Source of the DNA: an uncultured delta proteobacterium
Lineage (GTDB): Bacteria; Myxococcota_A; Polyangia; Fen-1088
Assembly (NCBI GenBank): GCA_963767925.1
Contig: CAVYGB010000001.1
Span: forward strand, 411,866-475,865
DNA: 64,000 bases
Direction of reading: 5' to 3'
Shown here: positions 1-10,831 of the stretch, in pieces
Numbering within the stretch: the stretch's first letter is position 1
Layout: every line of letters starts with the position of its first letter
The notes under the pieces: generated by a model
Seen by the model: only the letters and a program-made list of their open reading frames with translations
Told to the model about the DNA's origin: nothing
Databases searched by the model: none
Translations under genes and position numbers: made by a program

Positions 1-1
1 G

Positions 2-1906
2 GAGGAGCGCGGCACGCCGGACGAGCGCCACGTGACGCGGCTCTTCCGCTTCCAGTACCTGGATCCGACGGCGGTGGTCAGCGAGCTCTTCAAGCACCTC
101 CGGGGCGAAAAGGGGGTGGCCCTGGCCTTCGGAGGTACGATTGTCGCGACCGACCGGGCGACCATGCTGGAGCGGTTCGGCGAGATCGTGCGGGAGCTGG
201 ATCGGCCGGAGGTCGCTCGAGAGCGGCTCTGGCTGGTCCGGGTGAAGCGCGGCTCCGCGCGGGCCATGGCCGCCCGCCTGGCGCAGATCTTCCAGGTCCG
301 GCAGCCCACGCAGCGACCCGGGCAACGCCTGGTCCCCCGCCCAGCGCCTGCGCGCCCCGCAAAGAGCCCGCCGCCGTCTCCGCGAAAGGCCGCGCACCGC
401 CTGGATGAGCTGTTGACCATCGAGAAGCTGATCGCGGACGATCGCAGCGGCCGGTTGATCGTGGTGGCCCGGGAGCCGGCGCACGAGCTGCTGCGCGCGA
501 TCATGAGCCGCCTCGAGCTGACCCCGGATCCGGCCGAGCACGACCTGGTGCATCTCTATCCCTGCGAGTACGCGGAATGCCTCCAGCTGGCCGCCACGCT
601 GAGCGCCATCACCGGCGTTCCGCTGCTGTCGACAGGCAGTCCTTCGCGGACCGGCTCCCCGCGAGCGCGTCGGTCCCCGGTGCGTGCGTCGCGGCCGAGG
701 GGTCGGTCCGCTCCGTCGCCCGCTCCGGCGGAGCGGGAGCTCTTCGGGCGGGGCGTGCGTCTCGCGGTCGACGCCGGCACCAATACCCTCCTCGTCGTCT
801 CGACCCGACCCGACTTCGAGGCGCTGCGCCGCCTGGTGGCCCGGCTCGACGTCCCCCGAAAGCAAGTTTATATCGAGGCGCTCGTGCTGGAGGTCCTGCT
901 CGACAGGAACCAGGAGCTAGGCGTCGCCTACCACGCGGGTCGATCCGTCGACCTGGTCGGGGCGCGCGCCGTGGCGCTCGGTGGCTTCGAGCCGGGCACG
1001 ACTCTGAATCCGGCGGGACTGGCCGGCGACCTGGTCGGTCTGGCCGGCGCGCTGTTCGGACCGGCGCTCGACGCGGCCGCCAGCCGGCTGGTCGGGGTCG
1101 CGCTGGATATTCCGTCGTTCGGGGCGTTCGTCCAGGCGCTGCAACGAGACGACGACATCAAAGTCCTCTCCTCCCCGAACCTCCTCATCACCAGCAATCA
1201 GGAAGGAGAGATCTCGGTCGGACAGCGGTTGCCCTTTCCCTCCGGGTTCCTGAGCGGCTCGCCCCCGGCGGTGGGGGTACCGTCCGGTCTCCTGCCACAG
1301 GTCTCCGTCCAGCGCGAAGATGTCTCGTTGCGAATGAAGCTGGCCCCCCGGGTAACCGAGCGGGACCAGGTCCGGCTGAACGTGGACGTCGAGATCTCGG
1401 ACCTGGCCGCCGCCAACTTCAACGGGCTGGGGCCAGCCACGTCCAGGCGGTCAGCCAGGACCGAGGTGATCTGTCACGACCAGCAGACGGTGGTCATCGG
1501 AGGGTTGATGGCGGATCGGACGACCGACACGAGCACCAAGGTGCCCCTTCTCGGGGACCTTCCCGTGGTCGGCCTCCTCTTCCGGCGCAGCTCGAAGCAG
1601 GTTCAGAAGTCGAACCTCATCATCGCGCTGACACCGCACGTGATCTCGGAGGTCGGGGACTTGCGCCGGGTCGCCGAGCGCAAGATGCGTGAGCGCCGGG
1701 AGCTCGTCGAACGGTTCTCGTCCCGGCCGGAGTCGGTATGGTCCGCGATCTCCCGGGGGCTGGAGATCGACTACCGCGACCGACGCGGCATGCTCGAGCA
1801 GATAAACCGTGCCGCGCGAGAGATCGACGAGGAGGACGCGGACCTGCGGCGCTTCCGGCTGGAGAGGCAGCAAGAGGCTGTGCCGGTCGGTCCCGGGTCG
1901 AGCTGA
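2..1906 (+). CDS. gspD: Type II secretion system secretin (GspD family), 5' end outside the window
   Basis: Frame open from base 2. N-domain repeats, then LDVPRKQVYIEALVLEV, KVLSSPNLL and a secretin C-domain (QTVVIGGLM...KVPLLGDLPVVGLLFR...NLIIALTPHVI). Confidence 0.9.
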   Translation, partial: EERGTPDERHVTRLFRFQYLDPTAVVSELFKHLRGEKGVALAFGGTIVATDRATMLERFGEIVRELDRPEVARERLWLVRVKRGSARAMAARLAQIFQVRQPTQRPGQRLVPRPAPARPAKSPPPSPRKAAHRLDELLTIEKLIADDRSGRLIVVAREPAHELLRAIMSRLELTPDPAEHDLVHLYPCEYAECLQLAATLSAITGVPLLSTGSPSRTGSPRARRSPVRASRPRGRSAPSPAPAERELFGRGVRLAVDAGTNTLLVVSTRPDFEALRRLVARLDVPRKQVYIEALVLEVLLDRNQELGVAYHAGRSVDLVGARAVALGGFEPGTTLNPAGLAGDLVGLAGALFGPALDAAASRLVGVALDIPSFGAFVQALQRDDDIKVLSSPNLLITSNQEGEISVGQRLPFPSGFLSGSPPAVGVPSGLLPQVSVQREDVSLRMKLAPRVTERDQVRLNVDVEISDLAAANFNGLGPATSRRSARTEVICHDQQTVVIGGLMADRTTDTSTKVPLLGDLPVVGLLFRRSSKQVQKSNLIIALTPHVISEVGDLRRVAERKMRERRELVERFSSRPESVWSAISRGLEIDYRDRRGMLEQINRAAREIDEEDADLRRFRLERQQEAVPVGPGSS

Positions 1907-2384
1907 GCGGAATCCAAGCGCCTCAACCCGGCGGTCGGTCCAGGGGCTCGTGAGCGCGCGCGCTGAGAGAAAAGGCCACGATGCCGCCGGCTACGACGAG
2001 CTGGACCGGCGCCGTGACAGCTCGCGCGGTCGGGAGCAGGAGGCTGCCGAGCGATAGCCAGAGCGCCACCGCGACGTTCATGCAGCAGGCACACCGCCAG
2101 CCGGTCAGGCCCCGCGCGGAGTGAAAGATCACGGCGACCCCGGAGGTGAGGGCCACGGCGATCTGCTCCCGCTGGTCCTGGGCGAGGAGCTGTCTGGCCG
2201 GGTGTACGTCCGCGACGTCTCGGGCGGGCTGCTGGTCGAGCTGCGCAAGGAGCGCAGCTACCCGTGAACGCGGCTGCGGCAGGCCGGCACCGCTACTGCG
2301 CATGCCGTCACTGGTCACCGAATTTTACCTCCGCCCTACTTCTTTGGCGGCCACCGAGCCGGCCAGCGGTGGCATACCGGCAAC

Positions 2385-3134
2385 ATGACGAGCCGTCTCC
2401 CCGCCATCGCGCCCCGTCCTTCCCGCGCCTGGGCCCTGGGCGCGTTGCTCCTCACCGCCTGCGGCGAAGAACAGCCGGCGGGAGGGCTTTCACCGGGCGC
2501 CCCCGCCAGCGTCGATGCCGGCACCACCCCCGCCCCGTCCGACGCGGCCACGTCGCCAGCACCCGGCGCCGACTCCGGCGCGAACGGTGACGCCCGCGCC
2601 GCCGTCCCTCCCGACGCGCGGCCCTGCACGCCCCCGTCCCCCGCCGGCGCCCCCCGCGCCGAAGCCTACCCACCCGCTCCTTACGGCATCGGCCATTGCC
2701 AGACCGTCGGCGACGTCACGTTCAAGCGGAGCGACGACACCCCCCTGTCTCTGGCCGACATCCGCAGGATGGCCAGCGTCGAGGTGATCGTCGTGCTCGA
2801 GGCGGGCAGCAACCAGGTTTCGCACGTCCAGCGCCTCACCCCGATTTACGCCGAGCTGGCCGCCCAGGGCGTCTACGTCCTCGCCGTGCTCGCCGAGTCC
2901 GGCAGCACCGCCGCGGCCCTGGCTGCCTGGGAAGCCGCCGCCGCCTTCCCCGGTACCTCCGTCCACGGCAGCCGCATCGCCGGCCCGGGCGGCATCACCA
3001 GCGGCTACCCCAACGTCTACATCATCCAGGCCGACACGATGCAGATCCACACCCGCATCACCGGCTTCGCCACCATCACCACCGACTCCGTCCGCACCGC
3101 CACCCTCCAGGCGCTGGACCGTAACCGCCCCTGA
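2385..3134 (+). CDS. Lipoprotein with a C-terminal thioredoxin/redoxin-like domain lacking CxxC
   Basis: Lipobox LLTAC, Pro/Ala linker, YPPAPYG...TVGDVTF lead-in and GYPNVYIIQADTMQI cis-Pro-like motif. No Cys at the active-site position. Confidence 0.6.
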   Translation: MTSRLPAIAPRPSRAWALGALLLTACGEEQPAGGLSPGAPASVDAGTTPAPSDAATSPAPGADSGANGDARAAVPPDARPCTPPSPAGAPRAEAYPPAPYGIGHCQTVGDVTFKRSDDTPLSLADIRRMASVEVIVVLEAGSNQVSHVQRLTPIYAELAAQGVYVLAVLAESGSTAAALAAWEAAAAFPGTSVHGSRIAGPGGITSGYPNVYIIQADTMQIHTRITGFATITTDSVRTATLQALDRNRP

Positions 3135-3221
3135 CCCCCGCGTCGCCGCAGCCCGGCCCGGTCCCCGCCGCGCAAAGTGCGGGCTGAGGCTGGCGGAGGA
3201 TCGACGGGCGGGGCGGGATGA

Positions 3222-3986
3222 TCAGGCGGGTTCCGGGAGGACAGGGGGCGTGGTGCTGGGGTGCGGCCCGGGGGGCGGGGTGTAGTCGAGGAGGAGGAAG
3301 GGGAGCCAGAGGCCGGGTTCGCTGGGGGCGGCGCCCGCGGCGATGTGGGCGATGCCGCGCTCGGCGTCGTCTTCGGTCGGCAGCAGGCCGTGGGCGTTGG
3401 CGCGCAGGCCGAGGGTGCGGGCGAAGGTCAGGTCCAGGCGGTTGCAGTACCAGGAGTGGGGCTGGGCGTTTCGCGCTTCGAAGCCCAGGGGCTCGAACCC
3501 CAGGACGGTGCCACCTGGGGGCAGCGGGGTGCTGCGCGCGAGCAGCGTGTGCAGGCCACCCGCCCCCTCCTCGGGCGACCGGGGAGCGGCCCAGTCCAGG
3601 TATCGGGTTGCGTGCGCGGGGGAGAGGGCGAGGCCCAGCGCCACCCAGGGGCGGCCCGGCGGGAGCTGAGCCAGCAACTCGACCAGCCCGGCCCGCGACA
3701 GCACGACGTTCGGCCAGCCGAAGCGACCGTCGTCGAATCCCGCCGTGACCAGGTCGGTGACCGTGCGGAGCGCCTCCTCGCTCAGGCCCAGCTCGGCCGC
3801 GGCGGCCTGCCGCTCTGTGGGCGTGTGGCCGGTCCAGGCGAGCGACCAGGTGTCGGGCACGAACCGGGCGAGGCAGGAGGAGGCGGTGAGCAGCGGAGTG
3901 GGAAGGCCCTCGTCGAGCTCGTCGCGCCCGACGGGTTCGGTCAGGAGGTAGCCGGCGAAGAGATACCGAGCGCGATCCGGTTCCAT
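3222..3986 (-). CDS. Hypothetical protein
   Basis: 254-aa ORF with GC3-biased codons and protein-like composition (LGFEPLGFE...HSWYCN). Function not recognised. Confidence 0.7.
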   Translation of the reverse strand: MEPDRARYLFAGYLLTEPVGRDELDEGLPTPLLTASSCLARFVPDTWSLAWTGHTPTERQAAAAELGLSEEALRTVTDLVTAGFDDGRFGWPNVVLSRAGLVELLAQLPPGRPWVALGLALSPAHATRYLDWAAPRSPEEGAGGLHTLLARSTPLPPGGTVLGFEPLGFEARNAQPHSWYCNRLDLTFARTLGLRANAHGLLPTEDDAERGIAHIAAGAAPSEPGLWLPFLLLDYTPPPGPHPSTTPPVLPEPA

Positions 3987-4020
3987 GGGCCGCGCTCCGT
4001 ATACCTCACCCGCCGCCTGT

Positions 4021-6624
4021 TTAGAGGCAGGTCAGGCTGCCGGCGGTCACCTTTGTAGCGGCGTTGAAGCTCTGGGAGTTGGTGGAGTAGTTGAAGGTCC
4101 TGGAGGCGCCGGGGGCGAGCGAGGCGCTCGACCACTTGAAGATGCAGTGGTTCGACGTGGTGCGGGCGGAGGTGCCGCTGCCGGTGAGGGGCGACAGGGT
4201 GGCGCCCGAGGGGACGGCGTCGGCGGTGCAGCTCACGCCGGCGGGGACGTCGAACTCGGCCTTGAGCCCGGTGACGGTGGTGCTGCCGTTGTTCTTGAAG
4301 GTGACGGTGCCCCACCAGCTGGAGTAGGCGTAGACGTTCTGGGTGATGGCGAAGGCGCAGTTGGTGGCGACGGGGGGCGGAGCCGGGGGGGGCACCGAGG
4401 TGCCGGAGATCATGATCCGGTCCAGGTCGGGGGCGTAGACGCTGTTGTTGTAGAACTTGATGGAGTTGTTGCCCGCCTTGAGCGACACGGTCGTCGTGGA
4501 GGCAGTGCTGCGGTGCCAGTCGGGACCGAACAGCTTGAGCGTCTTGGCCGAGCCGCCGTTGACGCTGATGTAGAAGGTCCGCTCCTCGCCGCTCACCCCG
4601 AAGACGGTCATGTTGTAGGTGCCGGCGGTGGTGACGTTGACGTTGTTGATGGTGACGTAGTTCGAGCTGGTCTTGCCGATGAAGCCGATCTTGTTGCCGC
4701 CGGTGCAGGCGCCACGCGGCCCGCCCGAGGTGGTGCTGCCCCCGAACTTCATCTGGGCCTTGGCGCAGGTCAGGGTCCGGGTGGCCCCCACCATCACGTT
4801 GCCCGGGGCCTCGGCCTCGTACAGGGCCACGCCGCTGCCGCAAATCCCGGTGATGCCGCCGCCGCCGCAGGTCAGCCCGGAGCCGCAGCTGCCGCAGGTC
4901 GAGACGGTGCGGGTCTGGCCGCAGTTGTCGGTCGCCGTCACGGCGCCGCAGTTCCGGCCCAGGCGCTTGCAGAAGGCGGCGCTGGTCTCCGCCACGCAGG
5001 CCACCGGGGTGCCAGGCACGTCGAAGCTCTTCTCCCACATGTGCACGTAGGTCTCGCTGAGGACCTCCTTCAAGGTGCCGCAGGCGTCGTTGACGATGGC
5101 GCCCCGGCGGTAGTCGACTCCCTCGGCCGCGAGCTGCATGTAGCTGTTCATGGGGGCGGTGGTGCCGGGCACCGTCGACCAGGGGACGGCCGCCCGGGTG
5201 CAGAAGCCAGGCGACCAGTCCAGGCCGCTGTCACACTTGCCCGCCGGCACCGGCTCGCCGTACCAGGTGTTGAGGAACATGGCGCCGCCGCAGCGGCGGG
5301 GCACCGGCTTGTTCGCCCGGCCGCCCTGCCAGTCGAGGTAGGCGGCGTTGAGCTCGACGATGCTGTTGACCATGCCGGCCGGCATGACGCTGGTGTGGGC
5401 GGCGGCGTCGTCCAGGGCGACGCTGATGGTTCCGTCTTCGTTGTTGAGCGCCATGTAGAGCGCCTCGGCGTAGGTGGGCGGGTTGATCGACTGCGGGTTG
5501 CCGAGCACGATGGCGTTGTCGTCGACGCCGAGCACCCAGGAGGAGAAGTCGACCATGACCGACTGGTTGTTGGTGGTGGCGGTGATGAAGGCGAGCTCAC
5601 CGGCCACGAACGTGGTCTCGGAGATGCGGCCCGCGCGCCAGACCGGCGCCGCGTTCATCATGCCCGGGTAGACGGCGACGGCGGTGCTGAGGGTGGGGTC
5701 GTGGGGAGCGCTGGCCTCGATGCCGCTCACCTCCATGATCTGCGAGGGGCCGGCGTTCCAGCGGAAGACGGCCTTGATGAAGCCGGCCATGCCGGGCCAG
5801 GTGGTGCTCGGGGGAGCGGCCATGACGAACACGCAGTAGGTGCGGTCTCCCCACACGATGGCCTCCCAGGCCTGCAGGGCGATGGGCCCCCCGGAGCTGC
5901 TGGCGAACCCCCAGGGCAACTTTCCGAGGGCCACCGAGATCTTGGCGTTGGCGCTCTGCTGACCCAGCAGCTTGGGGAACGCCGTGGAGCCGATGCCCAT
6001 GACCACGCAGCGGGCGGTCTTGGCCGACCACAGGTCCTCCATGCTGTAGAGCATGGTGGTGGTGCTGCTGGTCGAGGCGAGGTTGTGAATGTTCTTGCCC
6101 GAGGTGGTGCCGGCCAGGGTCCCGCTCCCGAGGCTGGTCCCCGCGATGGCGTTGCCCGCCAGGTTGGTCCCGGCGACGTTCGAGCCGCCCAGGTTCGAGC
6201 CACCGAGGTTCGACCCGCCCAGGTTCACGCCGCCCAGGTTCGACCCGCCCAGGTTCACGCCGCCCAGGTTCGACCCGCCGAGGTTGTTGCCACCGAGGTT
6301 GTTGCCGCCGAGGTTCGACCCACCGAGGTTGGCCCCGCCCAGGTTGGCACCGCCGAGATTCACGCCGCCCAGGTTGGCGCCGCCCAGGTTGGCCCCACCC
6401 AGGTTGGCGCCACCGAGGTTCACGCCGCCCAGGTTGGTGCCGGCGGCGTTTTCGGCCGAGAGTGCGGCGGGGGCCAGCGCCTGGACGTCTTCCTCGGCCA
6501 CCGGCAGCTCGGGGAGCATCTCCAGGCCGGTGTCGGCCGGGGGCAGACAGGCGACTCCAGTCAGCGCCAGCCACACACCCACGCCGAACATCCTCGAGAA
6601 GCCCCCACTCCGCGATCGTCCCAT
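4021..6624 (-). CDS. Large lipoprotein: NLGGx repeat, unknown central domain, Cys-rich linker, CBM35/6-like and CBM2-like modules
   Basis: Signal peptide ending LTGVAC; 17 NLGGx units; myxobacterial-type Cys-rich repeat; YEAEA-starting module; C-terminal Cys-flanked module with W..TVTFKNNG. Start may be 6591. Confidence 0.8.
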   Translation of the reverse strand: MGRSRSGGFSRMFGVGVWLALTGVACLPPADTGLEMLPELPVAEEDVQALAPAALSAENAAGTNLGGVNLGGANLGGANLGGANLGGVNLGGANLGGANLGGSNLGGNNLGGNNLGGSNLGGVNLGGSNLGGVNLGGSNLGGSNLGGSNVAGTNLAGNAIAGTSLGSGTLAGTTSGKNIHNLASTSSTTTMLYSMEDLWSAKTARCVVMGIGSTAFPKLLGQQSANAKISVALGKLPWGFASSSGGPIALQAWEAIVWGDRTYCVFVMAAPPSTTWPGMAGFIKAVFRWNAGPSQIMEVSGIEASAPHDPTLSTAVAVYPGMMNAAPVWRAGRISETTFVAGELAFITATTNNQSVMVDFSSWVLGVDDNAIVLGNPQSINPPTYAEALYMALNNEDGTISVALDDAAAHTSVMPAGMVNSIVELNAAYLDWQGGRANKPVPRRCGGAMFLNTWYGEPVPAGKCDSGLDWSPGFCTRAAVPWSTVPGTTAPMNSYMQLAAEGVDYRRGAIVNDACGTLKEVLSETYVHMWEKSFDVPGTPVACVAETSAAFCKRLGRNCGAVTATDNCGQTRTVSTCGSCGSGLTCGGGGITGICGSGVALYEAEAPGNVMVGATRTLTCAKAQMKFGGSTTSGGPRGACTGGNKIGFIGKTSSNYVTINNVNVTTAGTYNMTVFGVSGEERTFYISVNGGSAKTLKLFGPDWHRSTASTTTVSLKAGNNSIKFYNNSVYAPDLDRIMISGTSVPPPAPPPVATNCAFAITQNVYAYSSWWGTVTFKNNGSTTVTGLKAEFDVPAGVSCTADAVPSGATLSPLTGSGTSARTTSNHCIFKWSSASLAPGASRTFNYSTNSQSFNAATKVTAGSLTCL
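6181..6435 (-). repeat. 15-bp tandem repeat, 17 copies, encoding NLGG[V/A/S/N]
   Basis: Units such as aacctgggcggctcg read directly from the sequence. Confidence 0.95.
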
Positions 6625-6755
6625 GCGACGAGACAACTGCACGAACCATGCGGGCCGAAGGCAGCCGGCGTCGCCCACCTCCAGCGCGAGGAATCGGGAG
6701 CGTTTACCGGCGGTTCACGAGAGCGGTCGACCGCCGCGCCCCCGCCGGGTCACTC

Positions 6756-6778
6756 GACGTTGCTTCCGGTGCAACGTC
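6756..6778. promoter_or_regulatory. Perfect 8-7-8 inverted repeat, candidate operator
   Basis: GACGTTGC-ttccggt-GCAACGTC, about 130 bp upstream of the NLGG-repeat gene. Confidence 0.4.
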
Positions 6779-7065
6779 TCCCGTTGTCTGAAGCGCAGCG
6801 GCGCAAGCTGCCCACAAGAGGGTGACCCGCGCCCCCCTGCGTGCATCTGCCCATCAATGCCCCCGCCATCGGCGCGAAGTGGGGCGAACATCGGGCCAGG
6901 CTCCACCGAGACTACCTTCGCTTCAGCATCCGCGTGCACAGCAAGCGCGACATGAAGCTGTTCGTGAACACGAGCGGGGTTCGCTTCAACGGCGACGCCT
7001 CCGCGCGGGCCTGGGCCGCCGGCTCGCGCGCCCTGAATCGCCCCCTCCGGAGGCGCGGTAACCCC

Positions 7066-7135
7066 TCGGCTAAAGCGAAAGGTCCTCACCACGCATCGCA
7101 AAAACCGGCAGGACCGAACCGAAGTTCCTCATGGT
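7066..7135 (+). promoter_or_regulatory. Candidate LysR (NhaR-type) site pair and -10-like CATGGT upstream of groEL
   Basis: TCG-gctaaag-CGA (7066-7078), 17-nt gap, TCG-caaaaac-CGG (7096-7108), CATGGT (7130-7135). Same layout as upstream of nhaR. Confidence 0.5.
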
Positions 7136-7243
7136 CATCCCACCCGCTGAACGCTATTAAGTCCAGCCGACAGCAAGACCGTCCAGGCGGACCGGGCGCT
7201 GCGCCCACTGGCGGCATCGAGTCAACGAAGGGAACCAGCCTAC

Positions 7244-8913
<1,670 letters not shown>

Positions 8914-8917
<4 letters not shown>

Positions 8918-9825
8918 CGAGGCGAGCCGAAGATGTCCTGGCGGGCTGATTCGCAGATCGCCACGACCGCGGGATGTTTGATCCGCCGCTCGACGGAGAT
9001 GGCAAAGAACTGCTGTCGGACGGCGGTCGAACGTCCCACGGGTCGCACCTTGTAGTGGGCGAGGACCTCGGCTTCGATGACCGAGGGGATGGTGAAGACA
9101 CCCATCCCCTGTTCTCCGAAGTCCTTGGCCAGCGCGCTGTCGTCGCACTCGGCGACGATGGTGGGGCTGATGTTCTCGGAGGTGAACCAGTGCTCGAGGG
9201 ACCGGCGGACCATCGAGGGAGCCCCGGGGAGCAGGAAGGGGACGCCTTCCAGGGAAGCGGGGAACTTGCGACGCAGCGGCGCCGCCATGGCGGGAGCGGC
9301 GAGGAACGTCGTGCCGCACTCGCCGAGCAGGTGGCCGAACGCCCGCACGGCGATGCCCGGTCCCGGTGGGCCGTCGGCCAGCACGATGTCGACCCGATGA
9401 AGGGCCAGCTCGGCGACGAACTCCTCGACCGACTTGTCGGCCCGACAGATGACCCGGACCGGGTAGCCGAGGTGAAAGGCAGGCTCCAGGAACCGCCGCA
9501 CCAGCGAGGGGGTGATGACGTCGGCGATCCCGACCACCAGGCGCATCGGCTTGCCGCTGGCCCGTCCCTTGAGGGTGTCGACGAACTCTCGCCCCAGGGA
9601 GAAGATCTCGTCGGCGTAGCGGAACGCCAGGCGACCGGCGTCGGTCAGGACCAGGAGCCGGCCCCGGCGGGCGAACAGCTTCTCGCCGAGGACCTCCTCG
9701 AGCCGATGGATCTGGCCGCTGATCGTGGGGTGGGCGAGGCGGAGCTCCTTGCTGGCCCGGACGATGCTCCCCTCCTTGGCCACCATCCAGAAGTACAGAA
9801 GATGGTGGTAATTCAGCCATTCCAT
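8914..9825 (-). CDS. nhaR: LysR-family transcriptional activator, NhaR type
   Basis: [13 protein letters not shown]...EGSIVRAS..L....PTISGQI N-terminus, [10 protein letters not shown] and C-terminal [12 protein letters not shown]. Stop overlaps the groEL stop. Confidence 0.9.
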
Positions 9826-9840
9826 GCCTGGCAGGATATG

Positions 9841-9981
9841 TCGTCTTTCTCGACAAAGCACGCTGCTCGGTCGGAAAAGCCGGCGCCGGCCGCCCGGGCG
9901 GAACGGTCATCGACCGTCGAAATGCCGAGCGGGCACGGTCGACGGCTTTTGCGACGGCAACAGCCGCAAGTTCCACATGGT
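9841..9981. promoter_or_regulatory. Divergent promoter region with LysR-type boxes
   Basis: TCG-tctttct-CGA (9841-9853, T-N11-A), 17-nt gap, TCG-gaaaagc-CGG (9871-9883); ACG-gcttttg-CGA (9942-9954) followed by CATGGT. Confidence 0.55.
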
Positions 9982-10026
9982 TGGCGCTCCCCACGGGCAG
10001 TAGGACTGAAGGACCAGGGAGGCTTC

Positions 10027-10119
10027 ATGGAACGCAACCTATCGACAATGGCAAGGATCATCCGGGTAGCAGCAGGGCCCTCCGTCCTCTCGCTGTGCGT
10101 GCCGCGAGAGGCTCGATGA
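10027..10119 (+). pseudogene. 30-aa ORF resembling the N-terminus of YgaP/DUF2892-like membrane proteins, truncated
   Basis: RBS ggagg, then MERNLSTMARIIRVAAGPSVLSL. Stop overlaps the next start (ATGA). Confidence 0.45.
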
Positions 10120-10397
10120 AGGTTCAGTTCAAGGACGCCAAGATCCCCGAGGCCCTCCGATCCCACGTGGAAGGCCGCCTGGGCCTGGCCTTCGGTCGAT
10201 TTGCCGAACGCATCGAGCGGGTCACGGTGCGAATCTCCGCCCTCGGTGACGACCGGCGCTGCCGCATCGACGTCGGCCTGCGGGGCAGGATGATCCGGGT
10301 CGACGTCCTGAACGTCGATCCGTTCGCCGCCGCCGACGATGCCATCTCGCGCGCGGGCAGCTCCATCTCCCGGGCCATCGAGCGGGAGGCGGTATGA
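10116..10397 (+). CDS. HPF/RaiA-family ribosome-associated protein
   Basis: EALRSHVEGRLGLAFGRFAERIERVTVRIS...RCRIDV...DPFAAADDAISRA pattern; about 93 aa. Confidence 0.8.
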   Translation: MKVQFKDAKIPEALRSHVEGRLGLAFGRFAERIERVTVRISALGDDRRCRIDVGLRGRMIRVDVLNVDPFAAADDAISRAGSSISRAIEREAV

Positions 10398-10801
10398 AGG
10401 CGGCCCGCGAGGAGAAGGGTCCTGCCCAGGAAGCGACGCCCCCGGCTGCCGGCGACGGCGGACACCTGCCGGGGCTCCCCTCGCTGCCCCCCGGTCACGG
10501 CAGCCAGGTGGCCTGGGGCTTCAACTCCCCGATCGACGGCGCCATGTACGAGTTCTACCGGGTCTACCGCCAGCCCGAGCCGCTCAACGGCCTGGGGCCG
10601 ATCTGGCAGCTCGATCGGGACCTGAGCTACTGGCTCACGATCTCCTTCTCCCCGGACGATCCGACCCACCAGCACCCGCGCTGGCGCTCGGTGAGCTACC
10701 GGCAGGCGCGAGAGCGCGCGGGCCCCAAGCTGAGCTTCGAGCGCTTCTCGTCGTCGCTGCTCATGCGAGACGACACCACCGGGCTGCTGCAGGCCGCCTA
10801 G
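10394..10801 (+). CDS. Hypothetical protein coupled to the HPF gene
   Basis: ATGA overlap, GC3 bias, aromatic-rich core (WGFNS...YEFYRVY). Confidence 0.7.
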   Translation: MKAAREEKGPAQEATPPAAGDGGHLPGLPSLPPGHGSQVAWGFNSPIDGAMYEFYRVYRQPEPLNGLGPIWQLDRDLSYWLTISFSPDDPTHQHPRWRSVSYRQARERAGPKLSFERFSSSLLMRDDTTGLLQAA

Positions 10802-10831
10802 CGGGAGCGACCGCCGCCGCTGGCTGGCTGG

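Noticed and set aside
1923..2318. 131-aa minus-strand ORF as a gene
   Set aside because: Looks like two unrelated fragments on opposite strands; no supportable product.
6181..6435. Tandem repeats as a CRISPR array
   Set aside because: Contiguous 15-bp units with no spacers, in frame within a CDS, and no cas genes.
7140..7243. CIRCE element or groES upstream of groEL
   Set aside because: No TTAGCACTC-N9-GAGTGCTAA match and no GroES-like ORF.
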